Assembly: GCF_000315625.1 (NCBI RefSeq)
Contig: NW_005434591.1
Span: forward strand, 183,895-247,894
Source of the DNA: Guillardia theta CCMP2712
Taxonomy: Eukaryota; Protista; Cryptophyta
DNA: 64,000 bases
Reading direction: 5' to 3'
Shown: positions 26,041-38,688 of the stretch, one piece after another
How the letters are laid out: each line of letters starts with the position of its first letter
How positions within the stretch are numbered: the first letter of the stretch is position 1
Program-made: the position numbers and the translations under genes
Notes under the pieces: generated by a model
What the model saw: the letters and a program-made list of their open reading frames with translations, nothing else
Databases searched by the model: none
What the model was told of the DNA's origin: nothing

Positions 26041-27349
26041 GCAAAGAGGTCGGACTCGAAGTCGTTCATCAAAGTCTCGTAGTCCCTTTGACCAGTTGTG
26101 TGCTTGTTGAACAGAGCAAAAGGACTGTCCGGAGGCTCCGCCGATGCTTCGAAGCTTTCCTTGTCCAGCTGCAGCTTCCAAGTCAGCCTCCCCGTCTTCC
26201 TCCTCCCTCTCCTCTTCTAAGCTCCCCCCACTTTCCCTCCTCCCACGCAAGTCTCACCGGAAGTATGTACGCCTTCATCGACTTCACCCGCCCATGGCAG
26301 TCGAACTCCTGCTGCTGCACAAACCTCGTCACCACGCAGCCTGACTCTCTGCTGCTCCCCAGATCTCGGATACAGCCCACGAGACTGAATGGACGCCCCG
26401 GGCTCGTCGCATACAACCATGTCCCGAACATCACGTAGCAAAAGTAGTTGAACTCCGTCGTCACCAGTGACATCTCCCGGTTCGCGATCCTCGCCAGCGC
26501 CTCCTCCGCATGTAGCCCTAGTATCCTGCATGCCGCATCCGATATGTACACATGCGCTCGCGTCCCCGTAGATGGATGCAGATGCTGTGTGATCACCCCG
26601 AAGCTCTGCTGCCCGTACAACGCCCTCTCAAGCTCCAGGTCTTGCTCTAATACCGCCTCACTCTCCATCAGCAGCTGCACTTGCGGAGCCCGAGCTTCCT
26701 TCTCCATCTTGTCCGCCATAATGATCTCGATCGCATGCAGCGCTCGTCGCGTCACCTGCTGCAGGTAAGGAGGAAGCGAGACGAAAATGTTCACCAGCTC
26801 CTTGGAGCTGAAGCCGAACTCCCAATGTCGGGCCAGCACTCGGTCCGGCCAGCCCATGGAGTTCATATGCTCACGCAGCAGGGACGGCGTGTTGAAGGAG
26901 AGGCTGCGGATCCAGAAGTCGAGCGGCCTCTCTACCTGCAGCTCTTGCAAGCAGGCGAGATGGTCAGGAGGGAGAGAGAGCTGGTAGATGTCTTGGATCT
27001 CCTGCTCCTGCCCTTCTGCGATGGTTTCATACTCAGACTGCATAGCCTTCCACTTCGTCTTATTCCTCGCCATCACCATTTCTTGCTCCTCGCTTGCTCC
27101 TTCCTCTTGCTCCTTTTCATCCAGCCTGTGTGATTGAATGGGCTGCAGCTCCCTATATGCACATCTCGATTCCCGCCCAAGACGCTTGCAACGCGCGCAT
27201 GGGCGACCCTCGTCGCATCTTGCTTTCGCGATCTTGCACGTGATACACGAGTTGAAACCTCTCCTCCTCTCCTCCTTCTCCTCCATCGCCCTGATGCAGC
27301 TCTCTCCGATGTTCAGCCGAGTGCATCTGAGTCGATCAATGAGTGACAT
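26041..27349 (-). CDS. Zn(II)2Cys6 (GAL4-type) transcription factor with a possible PAS-like C-terminal region; 3' end runs into the gap
   Basis: CITCKIAKARCDEGRPCARCKRLGRESRC matches C-x2-C-x6-C-x5-C-x2-C-x8-C. A second exon, LDKESFEASAEPP...FESDLF, runs up to the gap. Confidence 0.85.
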
Positions 27350-30300
27350 GAGACCGGGTGGTCTAGACTAGCAGACCAACTGCACACAAATACGCCAACC
27401 TCCAGTTCCCCCCTCACCCCCAATCCTACTCCTCACAGCCCTCCACACCTCCTGCTCCACCACCTCCCCCATCTCCTCCTCCTATCTGCCAGCTACATCC
27501 TCTCCCCTGTCCTCACCTTGCGCATGGCTGGAAGTTGTCGCACTTGTGCCTCGCGTCCTTGCATGGCTTGCAGGCCAACCGGATTCTTTTCATCGACCTG
27601 GCAGTCAAACATTGTGTCATCTTTGCTTTTCGAGTGCATAAAACATATGTATGCATACGACAGGGTTAGCTGGACGCCAAGTCTAGACGTGTTTTGTGAA
27701 GTGACTGAGGACAGGGAGAGAAGAGCTGATCGGTTGACAACGTGCTCGTCTGTTGACGACATGAGGGGTGGAAGAGCATGCGGGTGAAGTGAACGCCATG
27801 TCGCTCTGCTCTGCCCAGTGTCCTACTCTCTGCCATCTGGGGGAGAGGAGGGGGGGGGGGGGGGGGGGGGCGATGTACGAAGTTTTTACTCTACAGGTCT
27901 TTATAGCCATATCGTTCCACCTTGCAACTTCAAAGAGCTCCGGGGAGGACCACCGGTACATTTATGGGATGAACAGCCGGTAGTGATGACCGGGAGCCGA
28001 GAGGCCGCACGACCCCCGCCGGGATCGGACGTAGAGCGACAAGACACACCGTTTCAACTGTTTACTCAAAGTTAAGTTAAAAATCGCCAGTATTGATCGG
28101 ATCGGACGGTCGGACGGTGGCAGGTGGCACCCGGTGATCGGACCGTCGGGCGACCGTATGCCGGGCCGCCGCCGGCGCCGGGGACCTACCCGGTGACCCG
28201 GCCACTGACCCGGATCGCGGCAGAGGGGCGGCGCAGGGACGGCGTGCCATCATGATGACATCATGGCACTGAATCGCCGGGGCCTCGGACATTGATATAA
28301 TTACCGTGGCATCCTATCATGATGGCCCCGGCAGAGGCCCTGAGGCCTCGCCGCCCGGGCGGCCGGGATCCGCCACCCGGCCGGGGCCCGGGCGGCGGCC
28401 GCGCACTGCGGCATGAGATCATACGGCTATGTCGTGGTCGAGCCGCTGGCCGCCGGCCGGGCCGCGCCCGAGGCCCCGGCAGTCACGTACTGACTCGTAG
28501 CAAAGCCGCTGTGCGTGGCTCACTGAGACTCCGCCGCCGGGGTGCACAGTGGCACGCGGCACTGGCCGCGGCAAGGAGCGGGGAGGGCCGCGATGGATCG
28601 GAGGAAGGGGAGGGAGGGAGGGGGGAGGAGGAGGCAGAGGCGGTATCGGAAGGAGTCACCGTACGGTCGGGCGGTAACGTGATGCGATACGAGGGTCACG
28701 CAACTGGAGCGACCAGTGAGGAGCAAAAGAGTCGATTGTTCTCATAAGATCGGATGACTCAGAGAGCGAAGCGATAGGCCCTCGTGCAAGGTGACGATCT
28801 GAATGCCATGGCATCGGCGCAGTCGGTGACCTCGAGATCATCGGGTGTGGGGAAGAGGTCGGAGGCTGCTGGTGCGTTTACAAGGGCAAGTCGGCCTCAG
28901 CATTCGGACATGGACTACGACACGAACAAGGTCTGAGAGAAGATACCTGAAGGAGCTGCTTGCACGCGAGATGCCTTGTGTGTCCTGTGCCGACGTCAGG
29001 AAGAGCTTCTGCGAGTACGACACATGCCTGACGGTCATCCCAGTCCATGTCGAATCAATGCTGTCGACACACCCTCTCGCTCCGAGACCCTTTGAGTACC
29101 GCACGCTTGTTTACTTTACACTCTACTATTTGCTTACATCCCTCCCCTTCTTGCTCCGTGTGCTCAACAGCCGGGCCCGCGATCGCAAGCTCCCCCTTCC
29201 TACAGGTACGGTAGCACGCGCTCTCCCCGCCCGTTGTCTCTGCTTTCACAACGCCCCTTGCCGCTCCAAGGCGGCTCTCGTCCTCTCATCCTAGGCAGGC
29301 ATGGCCTTGCCCCCGAGAGTCTCAGCGTCGGTCCTCGCTGGCTGGTCCGGCGACCTTCTCTTCCTCCGCGTCGCTGCCCGGTGGGTGACCTGTACTCGCT
29401 GGATCTCGCGGAGCAGGCTGCAGGGAGCCCCCGGCGCTCCCGTCCTTGAATCACTGCCGCCGCAAGGAGCTGTCGCACCCTCGTCGGCTGGATCAGAGGG
29501 GCGGCGGCGTGGCTTGTCGTGGTCGAGCTGGCGGAGGTAGCGCAGCTGTGCGTGGCTGAGGAGGAGCTTCTTGGGCCCGGCGGAGGAGGGGGAGGGGGAG
29601 GGGAGGTACCACCTTACGCTGGACTCGACCAGGAGCGGGGAGGGCATGGATCGGAGGAGGGGAGGGAGGGAGGAGGAGGGAGCGTGAGGCTTGTAGGAGG
29701 AAGTCGGAAGCTGCTTGATATAGCACTGGGGGGTAAAGTGCGATACGAGGGTCAAGAGTTCATTGTTCCCGGAAGAGAAAACGAAACGTCGCGTTCTCCA
29801 GGAGGCACTTAAAGGACTTGGGGAATGCGGCAGTGCTGTCACGGTTTCGGCACGGTCGGGGTCTTTTCTATACCGTGGCAAGAGGTCGGAGGCCGGCCGG
29901 GGCGACCTTTTGAGTACTTTGAAGTGAGCGAATCAGCCCTCATTGCTTTCCAAGAGATCCGATCATAGCAGAGTCACGCGCCGAGTAGAGTCACGTGACG
30001 GCCGCGATGCGGCTGCATGGGTCGTAATGCCTCTTTACGCAAAGTTAAGTTAAAGATCAGTACTGGGACAATCAGGAGAGTCGAGGAAGCTTGACCCTGA
30101 CACTGTCGCACAGGCCACCCTGACCGTGACGGCGAGGCTTGAAGAGACTCAAAAGACATAGAGAAACAAACCTAATCCTGCCAACTGAGAGCTCCGTCTG
30201 AGTCAGCTTGCCGGGGCCTCAGGATCGGATCGGACGGCGGCCCTGATGAGTCAGTGTCACTGAGCACGGACTCCTTCAACTGGCAAGGTGACCGGGCCCG

Positions 30301-31208
30301 GGGGTCACTGGACGCCGGGTTCCTCAGCCTGTGACCGTCACCGGGGCTCAGAGAATCACTAACTGGCTTGCTTGGCTAAATTTCGCCTGATGATTTCCAG
30401 TGCCGCCGAGCGCCCGGCGCCTCCGGTGGCACCGGGCCCCGCTGTGAATGAATGGCGACTTCAGCGGCGCGCCTGTGCCGGGCCCGGCTGCGGCGCCGCC
30501 GGGCCGCCGTAAAGCGCCGGGCGGCGGCCGGGCGGCGGCCGGGCGGCCACCATCGGTCGGGCCCGGCCGGGCCGGTCGGGCCGGCGGTCCGCGGGCCGCC
30601 CGCCGGACTCCAGTCCCATGTATATGATAGATACCTACTGACCCCCTTGTTTGAGCGAGGGTGGTAGGGGTAGGGTGGTAGAGTCGAGTTGGGATCCAGT
30701 GGGAAAATGCTTTTGAACATTGAAGCGGGGAGGAAAAGCGAGGACAGGATGGGAGGGGAAGAGCGGAGGAAGGTTAGCAGGGCAGGGCAGGGCAGGGCAG
30801 GGCCGGGCAGATCCTGAAGAGATGATTCCAGGAATTTGTGATTCTATAAACGGAATGCCGAGAGATTGTACTGGAGAGTAGGCGGAAAATTCGAAACAAC
30901 GATTCAATCAGGGCAAAAGTCAAAGAAGCATGTACGCCGTATGAAGAAATCTGTAAAGACGAGGAGGAATATGTGATGATATGCACGGGGAGTTGAACGA
31001 GACGAGCAGTTGTTGATCAACCAAGCAGCTGTGGTGATGAGGAGAAACTGACTACCCTAGACGTTCCAGGGACGTCTTGACCCTCCGATCCAAGTATATA
31101 GGGGTCCAAGAGGAGATGTAATACGTCATCTTCAATTTTCTGTGTTGTTGTTGACGTTGCTCGAGGTACGAGCAGATACAAATTTCGCGTTGTTGACTTG
31201 ATTGGCAG

Positions 31209-34200
31209 ATGAGTTGCGAACCAATGAGCAAACGTTTTCTCACAGTCATCATCTGCCTCATGCATGTGCGAGCTACGGACGTGCTTCCCACGGTGGACGT
31301 CAGCATCAACACTGAAACTTCCAGATTGCTGGTGAGATATGTAATGTTACTGTCTAATGCAGTGGAAGTGACGGCAGTCAAAGGCGTTTACACAGGGCTC
31401 ACAGTGGGTGGAGCCGAGAGTGAATCAGAAAGAAACGCTCCTGTTGCGCCTTTGTGGAGGCTCTGATCACGACCAGTCATCTCCGTTTACAGGCGAAGGA
31501 TGGATGGTAAAGGTTTGAACAACCCTTGACGTTCTCTGACTAGTCACAGGAGACAAAACAGGATCAGGATGACAATCGGAATGCCATGTACAACTTAGGT
31601 CAAACAACATGAGTTGTTGTTCTGTGATACCGATGATATTGCTGCAGATGATTCAGAGAATGTCAGAGAGATCAAGAGATTTCTTGCTGAGCGGCCGAAG
31701 AAAGTTGAACCAAGGTTGATTCGTTGAGATAGTGTATTCCTAACTCACCAGGAATGTAATTCGCAGACAAGTGATTGGTCGTGGTTTGTATACCATCACA
31801 TCACAGGTTCTGGAAGAAGGCAAGACAATGCTTTTGTGTGAGAAGAGCGTGACGTCTTCGTCAAGGTGGAGGAAATGCAATGCTGGGGGGAGAGGAAGCG
31901 TCAAATCCGAAAGTGCAAGACAATTCACCCAACAACAGCCGACGGAGCAACCTCCGCCTGCCTGAAAACCGTGAGAGGTTGACTTGGTTGCGATCTGTTC
32001 ACAATGGATATTCACGCTGGGATCCTCTGGACGAAGATGAAGTGAAAGTGATGTTCTTGTCCAAATGTCTGCTTGTTTCTGAAACGGGATGAAGGGAGAG
32101 CAGGAGGATGAGTCGGCCAAAGTGGAGAACACCCAGATCTTTCTTGATGCGCTGCAGATGAAGCCCAACGACGTCGACATTCTTTTCAACTTTGCACAGT
32201 ACCTCACTCGATCCGGGAAAGGAGACGATGTGGGTTGATACCAGTTGTGTGGACCGCGGATGACAGGAGGGTTCATCAGGCAATCACGTACTTCGATCGC
32301 ATCCTTCAGCTCGATCCGACACACTACTTGACGCTGGACAGGTGGGCTGACCTTGTGCTGTCTCGAGAAGTTAAACTCTGAAGCTTGATCGATCAGATAT
32401 GCCACACTTCTTGACTTCCAGGGTGAGAAGCTGGACAAGGTTTCGACTGCCTTGTGAGAAATACGTGCTGACATACTGGCAGGCTCAAGAGATGTACCAA
32501 GGCGCGATGCTCTTTGCAGACACTCCTCAAAGCCAGGGGATGGTGAGTCTCTTAATGTGCTTGTTTTTTCAATGATCTCACCAATGATTTCACCTCAAGG
32601 TATGTGCAAATTTTGCACAATTTTGTTTTTCGCGCAAGAAAGACATTGAAGGAGCAAAACAACTGTACATGAAGGTTGTCTATGATGATGACAACGACGA
32701 TGATGATGCGATTGCTTGATTCATTGACTAGAACCTGATCAAACTGTTGATTTCTCAGGCAATCTCTCTTGACCCGGAGAAATCGCAATACCTCACATAT
32801 CTTGCGCTGGTCCTGCAGCATGATGGCGACTACGATGGTAATGACATGGAAGATCCTTTTGACAAGTCGTTGACATTTGTGTTGGGGCAGAAGCTGAGAA
32901 ATATTTCTCCCTGGTGGGTTATGCGATCCTGATGTCTCGATTTGCTCCTTGTCCTATAAAGAGATTTCGATACCGTGAAATATGAATCAATCATTTCAAT
33001 TCCCCAGCACCTGATTTGATTTTACTGCTTTGCTTTTGGATTTTTCAAGCGAGGCTGTCTGATCTGGTTTGCAGGCGACTGGATTACAGCAAAGCGACTT
33101 AGACAGCCTGAACGCATATGCTGTGAGCAGGAGGAGGAGGAGGAGGAGGAGGAGGAATATTGGTGCACACTTTGATATGCTCTGCAGATGTTTCTAGAGA
33201 GTATCAGAGGGGACCTTGGTGGGGCGGAGGTGAGAAAGAGAGGAGGAGCGAGCGATGTTGGTGCTAAGATCTCTGCAGGAATGCTATCGGAGAGCATTCG
33301 AGAATGATGACAAGTGGGAGTTGTTCTGCTTTCTCTTCTCCCCCCCCCCCCCCTTCTCACTATCCCTGTCCTCTCCTCCTCCTCCTCCTCTGCCTCCCTC
33401 TCCCTCCTCCTCCCTCCCTCCTTCCCTCCCTCCCTCCCTCCCTCCCTCCTTCCCTTCTCCTCCAATGTTTTCCTGTGTGTGCTTCTGGTTGCTTTCACTT
33501 TCACTGTTTGTATTTCTCTTTTTTCTCCATCCTCGCCCTCGTCCTCCTATCGTCTTATCTTATCTCTCCTATCGTCTCCTCTGATTTTACCTGTTTTCGT
33601 TGCCATCTATCGTTCCCTCCGTTCTTCTTTTTCCCTGCGCGGCTTAACACATACCAGGCATGTTCCCACACTCGTGAACTTCGCGCATCACCTTCACACT
33701 CTCCGAAAGGACAACGATCTAGGTCTGTTTGTCTTGTTGCCGTTTTCCTTTCCCGTCTTCTTCTTTACAAGTGTTTACTGTCCGGTTCTCACACTTCCAC
33801 TGAATGTCTTCATGATAGCTGAGATCATGTACAAGAGAGCGCTCAGCGTCTGCCCAACCAACATCAACGCTCTCACCAATTATGGTTTCTTCCTCGCCAC
33901 AGTCCGTGAAGGTTGTTGGACTCCCTTTGCGATTGACGTGTCACATTCTTGGGCAGATGACTCTTCTGCAAACCATGTGTTCAAGGTCCCTTGCCTGCCC
34001 TCACAGAGTCTGTTCTGAGCGCAACGGCAGGCGGCACTGCAACTGGACCCCACTAACGACATGATTCTGCTCAACATGGCTGACCTGACCGCCAAAATCG
34101 CCGAAGACTACAGGTTTGCTCTATTTCTTCTCTCCGACTGCTCGCGTGACCTGTTCGCTGACCTTGTTTCTGGTTCATGTCTGTTTGTTTGACTCGTTTG

Positions 34201-34812
34201 CTGCAGCTTTGCAGAGTCGCTCTACCGTCAAGCTCTGCAGATCAATCCGACTAACATCATAATCATTGTAAGAGTTGACACGAGAAAGACGGCTCGTTGA
34301 CAACTTGAGCAGAACAACTTGGGTCAGTTCCTCCATCAAGTTCTGCAAAGAATTCCAGAAGCAGGTGAGCGCAAGATGTTTGCAAGTCATGTCAGTGACT
34401 GTCTGCTGTACATCTCGCTATCTGTCTTATGCACGTCTTGCTGTGCCCGCTCTCTGACGAGCTCTGCAGAAGAGATGTTCATAAGGGCTCTGTCCATTCA
34501 GCCTGCCTTTCCCGTCGGTGAGAACAGTAGAAATCTCTGCCATAAGTTGCTGACCTTGCGCAGCGCTTTCCAATTATGCAAACCTTCTGCATCACAAGGG
34601 AGAAAAGCAAAAGGTGAGAAGAGGATAGCTCTCAGTGTTCTGGACTGAAATCCCATCTCTTCCTCCTCCCTCTTCTCCTCTGTATGCTCCCTCCCTACAT
34701 CTTTCCTTTTTCGTCCTCGCCCTTCCAACCATCTTTGTTTTCCCTCCCTCCGTCCTTCACTCTTTCACGATCGTTCAGGCACGAGAATACCTCGACAAAG
34801 CTATCAATGCCG
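31209..34812 (+). CDS. Tetratricopeptide-repeat protein, many short exons; both ends uncertain
   Basis: Repeated TPR helices: ALQMKPNDVDILFNFA, ILQLDPTH, AISLDPEKSQYL, AEIMYKRALSVCPTNINALTNYG, AESLYRQALQINPTN, EEMFIRALSIQP. Confidence 0.8.
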
Positions 34813-34864
34813 GTAATCTCAGACTTGCAGCCATCGCTCCCTTCCCTCCCCTCTCTTCACCTCA

Positions 34865-35459
34865 NNNNNNNNNNNNNNNNNNNNNNNNNNNNNNNNNNNN
34901 NNNNNNNNNNNNNNNNNNNNNNNNNNNNNNNNNNNNNNNNNNNNNNNNNNNNNNNNNNNNNNNNNNNNNNNNNNNNNNNNNNNNNNNNNNNNNNNNNNNN
35001 NNNNNNNNNNNNNNNNNNNNNNNNNNNNNNNNNNNNNNNNNNNNNNNNNNNNNNNNNNNNNNNNNNNNNNNNNNNNNNNNNNNNNNNNNNNNNNNNNNNN
35101 NNNNNNNNNNNNNNNNNNNNNNNNNNNNNNNNNNNNNNNNNNNNNNNNNNNNNNNNNNNNNNNNNNNNNNNNNNNNNNNNNNNNNNNNNNNNNNNNNNNN
35201 NNNNNNNNNNNNNNNNNNNNNNNNNNNNNNNNNNNNNNNNNNNNNNNNNNNNNNNNNNNNNNNNNNNNNNNNNNNNNNNNNNNNNNNNNNNNNNNNNNNN
35301 NNNNNNNNNNNNNNNNNNNNNNNNNNNNNNNNNNNNNNNNNNNNNNNNNNNNNNNNNNNNNNNNNNNNNNNNNNNNNNNNNNNNNNNNNNNNNNNNNNNN
35401 NNNNNNNNNNNNNNNNNNNNNNNNNNNNNNNNNNNNNNNNNNNNNNNNNNNNNNNNNNN
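34865..35459. other. Assembly gap (N run)
   Basis: Run of n. Confidence 1.
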
Positions 35460-35599
35460 GTTGTAACAGACTCGTCGACCGTCTGTTTGCAATTCAATCA
35501 CAGGTCATCCCAGAAAGAGACGAAACATAAATCTCAAAATCAACATCAGACTGTAACATCACCACCACCACCACCACCACCACCACCACCACCACCACC

Positions 35600-35633
<34 letters not shown>

Positions 35634-35857
35634 TCACCATCATCAACATCGCCGCCGCTGCCGCCATCGGCATCACCATCACCATCACCATCACCATCAC
35701 CATCATCAGCAGTATTCTGTCTATATTTACAACATTATAGTCACTTGCCTTCCAACACAACCACAACGATGTTTGAAGGCGCGTTGTCCTCAGCTGAACC
35801 CATTCCTGCCAAAAATGAGAAGTAGAAACCAAATAAACTCCTTCCTTTCTTCTACAT

Positions 35858-35970
<113 letters not shown>

Positions 35971-35999
35971 TTGCTGCCTCACCCGACTTGCTCGTAGCT

Positions 36000-36824
36000 C
36001 CGACCGTGAGCTTGTTCAGAGGCTCTTCCTGTGCGAAATTCTGGCAGGGAGGCCTGGAAGCAACACGTCAAGACAGGACCAGGAGAGAAGTTCAGAGGTG
36101 AGTTTGAGAACAAGAATGAGGGAGAAGACAAGAGGGGGGACGGAGGGAGAGGGGGAGAGAGCGGAAGTCGAAGATGGAAAAGAAGAGGGAGGGAGAAGGA
36201 TGGAAGAGATTTGGAGCTGGGTGGGATGGGGAAGAAGGGAGGGAGGAAAAGGACGGAGGGGGCACCATTCTTTGTCGGAGAGGAAAGCTTCTAAGGGGAA
36301 GCGAATCGTCTCATACTGGGGCCAGGAGGACTCGTGGGGTGAAATGCCGACGATCTGAATCTCCTCCCCATCCTCAACCCCCAGCGACGCCAAGCTGAGA
36401 GAAGGAATGAGGATAAGGGTAGGCTGTCAACTCCTCCTCCTCCTCCTCCCCGACTCCATTCTGCCCCTACTCTCCTCCAGCTCCTGTTCTGCTCCTCTTT
36501 CGACTCCTTCACTTCCTCCTCCTCGCCTTCACCACTCACCTAGAATCCAACGGGATACCCTCCAGGTGGTCGGGGAGGCCGAGGGGGCTGCCGTTGAGGA
36601 GAAGCTTGAACGAGGTCGCTTGCGGCACGCGACGAATTATCCTCGAGGTGACGTCGCCTAGCAACTCCTGACAGTAGGATGTGAGAGAGCGGGAGGGAGG
36701 AAGAGAGCGAGAAGGGAAAGGAGGAGACGACGTAAGATTGTGGACGTAGAGGATCAGTGGTAGGAACAGGAAGGGCAGTGAGAGTGGTTGGGGTCGAAAG
36801 AAGAACAACAAGACAGTAGACAGG

Positions 36825-36902
<78 letters not shown>

Positions 36903-37107
36903 CCTGTGCAAAGGCTGGGAAGGTGATAGTCTCGTGGGTAGAGCAGGAGAAGGAGATATAGACGACAGCAGGTCTGCGCTGAATCGTCTTCCCCCCGCCT
37001 TTTGATTCTCCTGCCTTGAAGGATCGAAGCCGATGTCTCTGCTCCTTTTCGATCCTATTCAGTATGTTTGCCTGCACCTTCAGTCAGTCTCCTCCCTACC
37101 CACATTT

Positions 37108-37158
<51 letters not shown>

Positions 37159-37510
37159 GCGTCCTCCTCTCCTGCTCTTTTCTTCCGCCTTCTCTCCTCC
37201 TCTTCCCTCCTCTCCACAACGTCTTCTCTTTTTCCCCTTCGTCTCCATCTGTCCCCTTACCCTCTTCTCCCTTCCTCCTCCTCTCCTCCCTTACCTTCAC
37301 GTCCTCAGCCTCGCTATACTGCTCCCTCCGCTTCTTCGCCTCTTTCTCTGCCGCCTCTTGAGCCAGGGGGAGGGAAGTGGTGAGAGGGCCGTCAGACACG
37401 GCAAGCACGGAGGTAACGGGAGATCCCTTGGTGGGCCACAAGGAACCCGGTCCTCTGATGGGAATGCCAGAATGTACGGTCATCGGATCGTAAACATTAT
37501 CCTCAATCAT
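36000..37510 (-). CDS. Hypothetical protein with a ubiquitin-like domain, multi-exon; 3' end uncertain
   Basis: Spliced product VYISFSCSTHETITFPAFAQ|ELLGDVTSRIIRRVPQATSFKLLLNGSPL...DS|SLASLGVEDGEEIQIV fits a beta-grasp/Ubl pattern. Confidence 0.5.
36828..36902. repeat. (CAG)n microsatellite at an intron 5' end
   Basis: Directly visible. Confidence 0.95.
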
Positions 37511-38688
37511 TTCATCCCCAAACCTGGGAACCAAGTTATCCCCGTCCTCCTCTCCTCTCCTCTCCCCTCCCCTCCCCTCCCCTCCCCTCCCCTCCCCTCC
37601 TCTCCTCTCCTCTCCTCTCCTCTCCTCTCCTCCCTCTCCTCTTCACTGCCTTGCCCTTTGATAGCTCTATCTCACAACAACTTCTCTCCCTCCCCCTTCC
37701 CTAGCCCCCCACTCTCTCCCGAGTCTTTTCCTACCACATGTAAAGGTCGTCGCTGAACGGCGGGTCGAATTTATGTGTCGTTTTCACCCATTCGATCCTC
37801 GTGTCGTTATGATGAGTCACTCGCGAGATAATCTTCACACCCTCTCCTGCTCAAACCTCGTCACCATCATCAACAACCACCACACCATCTTCAACCCTAC
37901 CTCCGCTCAGGCAGAGCATTCCAAGGATTACTGCCAGCCATCGGAGCCGGAGAGGCTGGAGGAACGCATCTCGTCTCTCCTCTGCACATGAAAGAGGAGC
38001 TGGTCGAGATGTCCTCATCACCTGAACACACGTCAGACGCCATGAATAGTGCGAAGTTCCGACGGCAAGGGCAACATGATCTATGACAGAGCTGTGTTTC
38101 GTTCATGATCCACCTCCACCCCTCTCGACATTTTCTCTTTGATATATGTCTCTATCGACATTTATCTTGCACAAGCCGCCATCATCTTATCCTTATCCCA
38201 CTCTTCCATGAGTACATCGCTGGCCGAACCATCAGTCGTAATCCTTATCCCTTGCCAGCTCTCAAACCTCCTGTCCTTGTCTTCATGCCTTACATGCTCA
38301 AACATCTCTTCCTCCCCTCCTCCTCTCATCTTTCCTCGCCCTCCCTCTCCCTCCATCCCCCATCCTCCTCCCTCGTTCCTTTCCTCCCCTCCTACTTTCC
38401 CTCCTTTTCTCTCCACGCATTGCGGCCTCCATGACCCTCATCCCCACTCGTGCACAGAGTACCACGAAATCTGGCAGACCACCCCAAGCCATGGCGTCCC
38501 TTCGCTCTCGGCGAGGCGGCTTCCAGCGGAGCATGGCAAGGGAGGAGGAAGAGAGCTGGTGCTGAGGGGAAGGAGGAGGAGAGGAGACGAGTGGGCTGGG
38601 GAAGAATCGTCCGGAAGGTCTGAAGGAGACAGTCGGGGAGAGACGGAGGAGGACAAGCTAACTTGAAGACTGGGAGGAAGAGTTGGAT

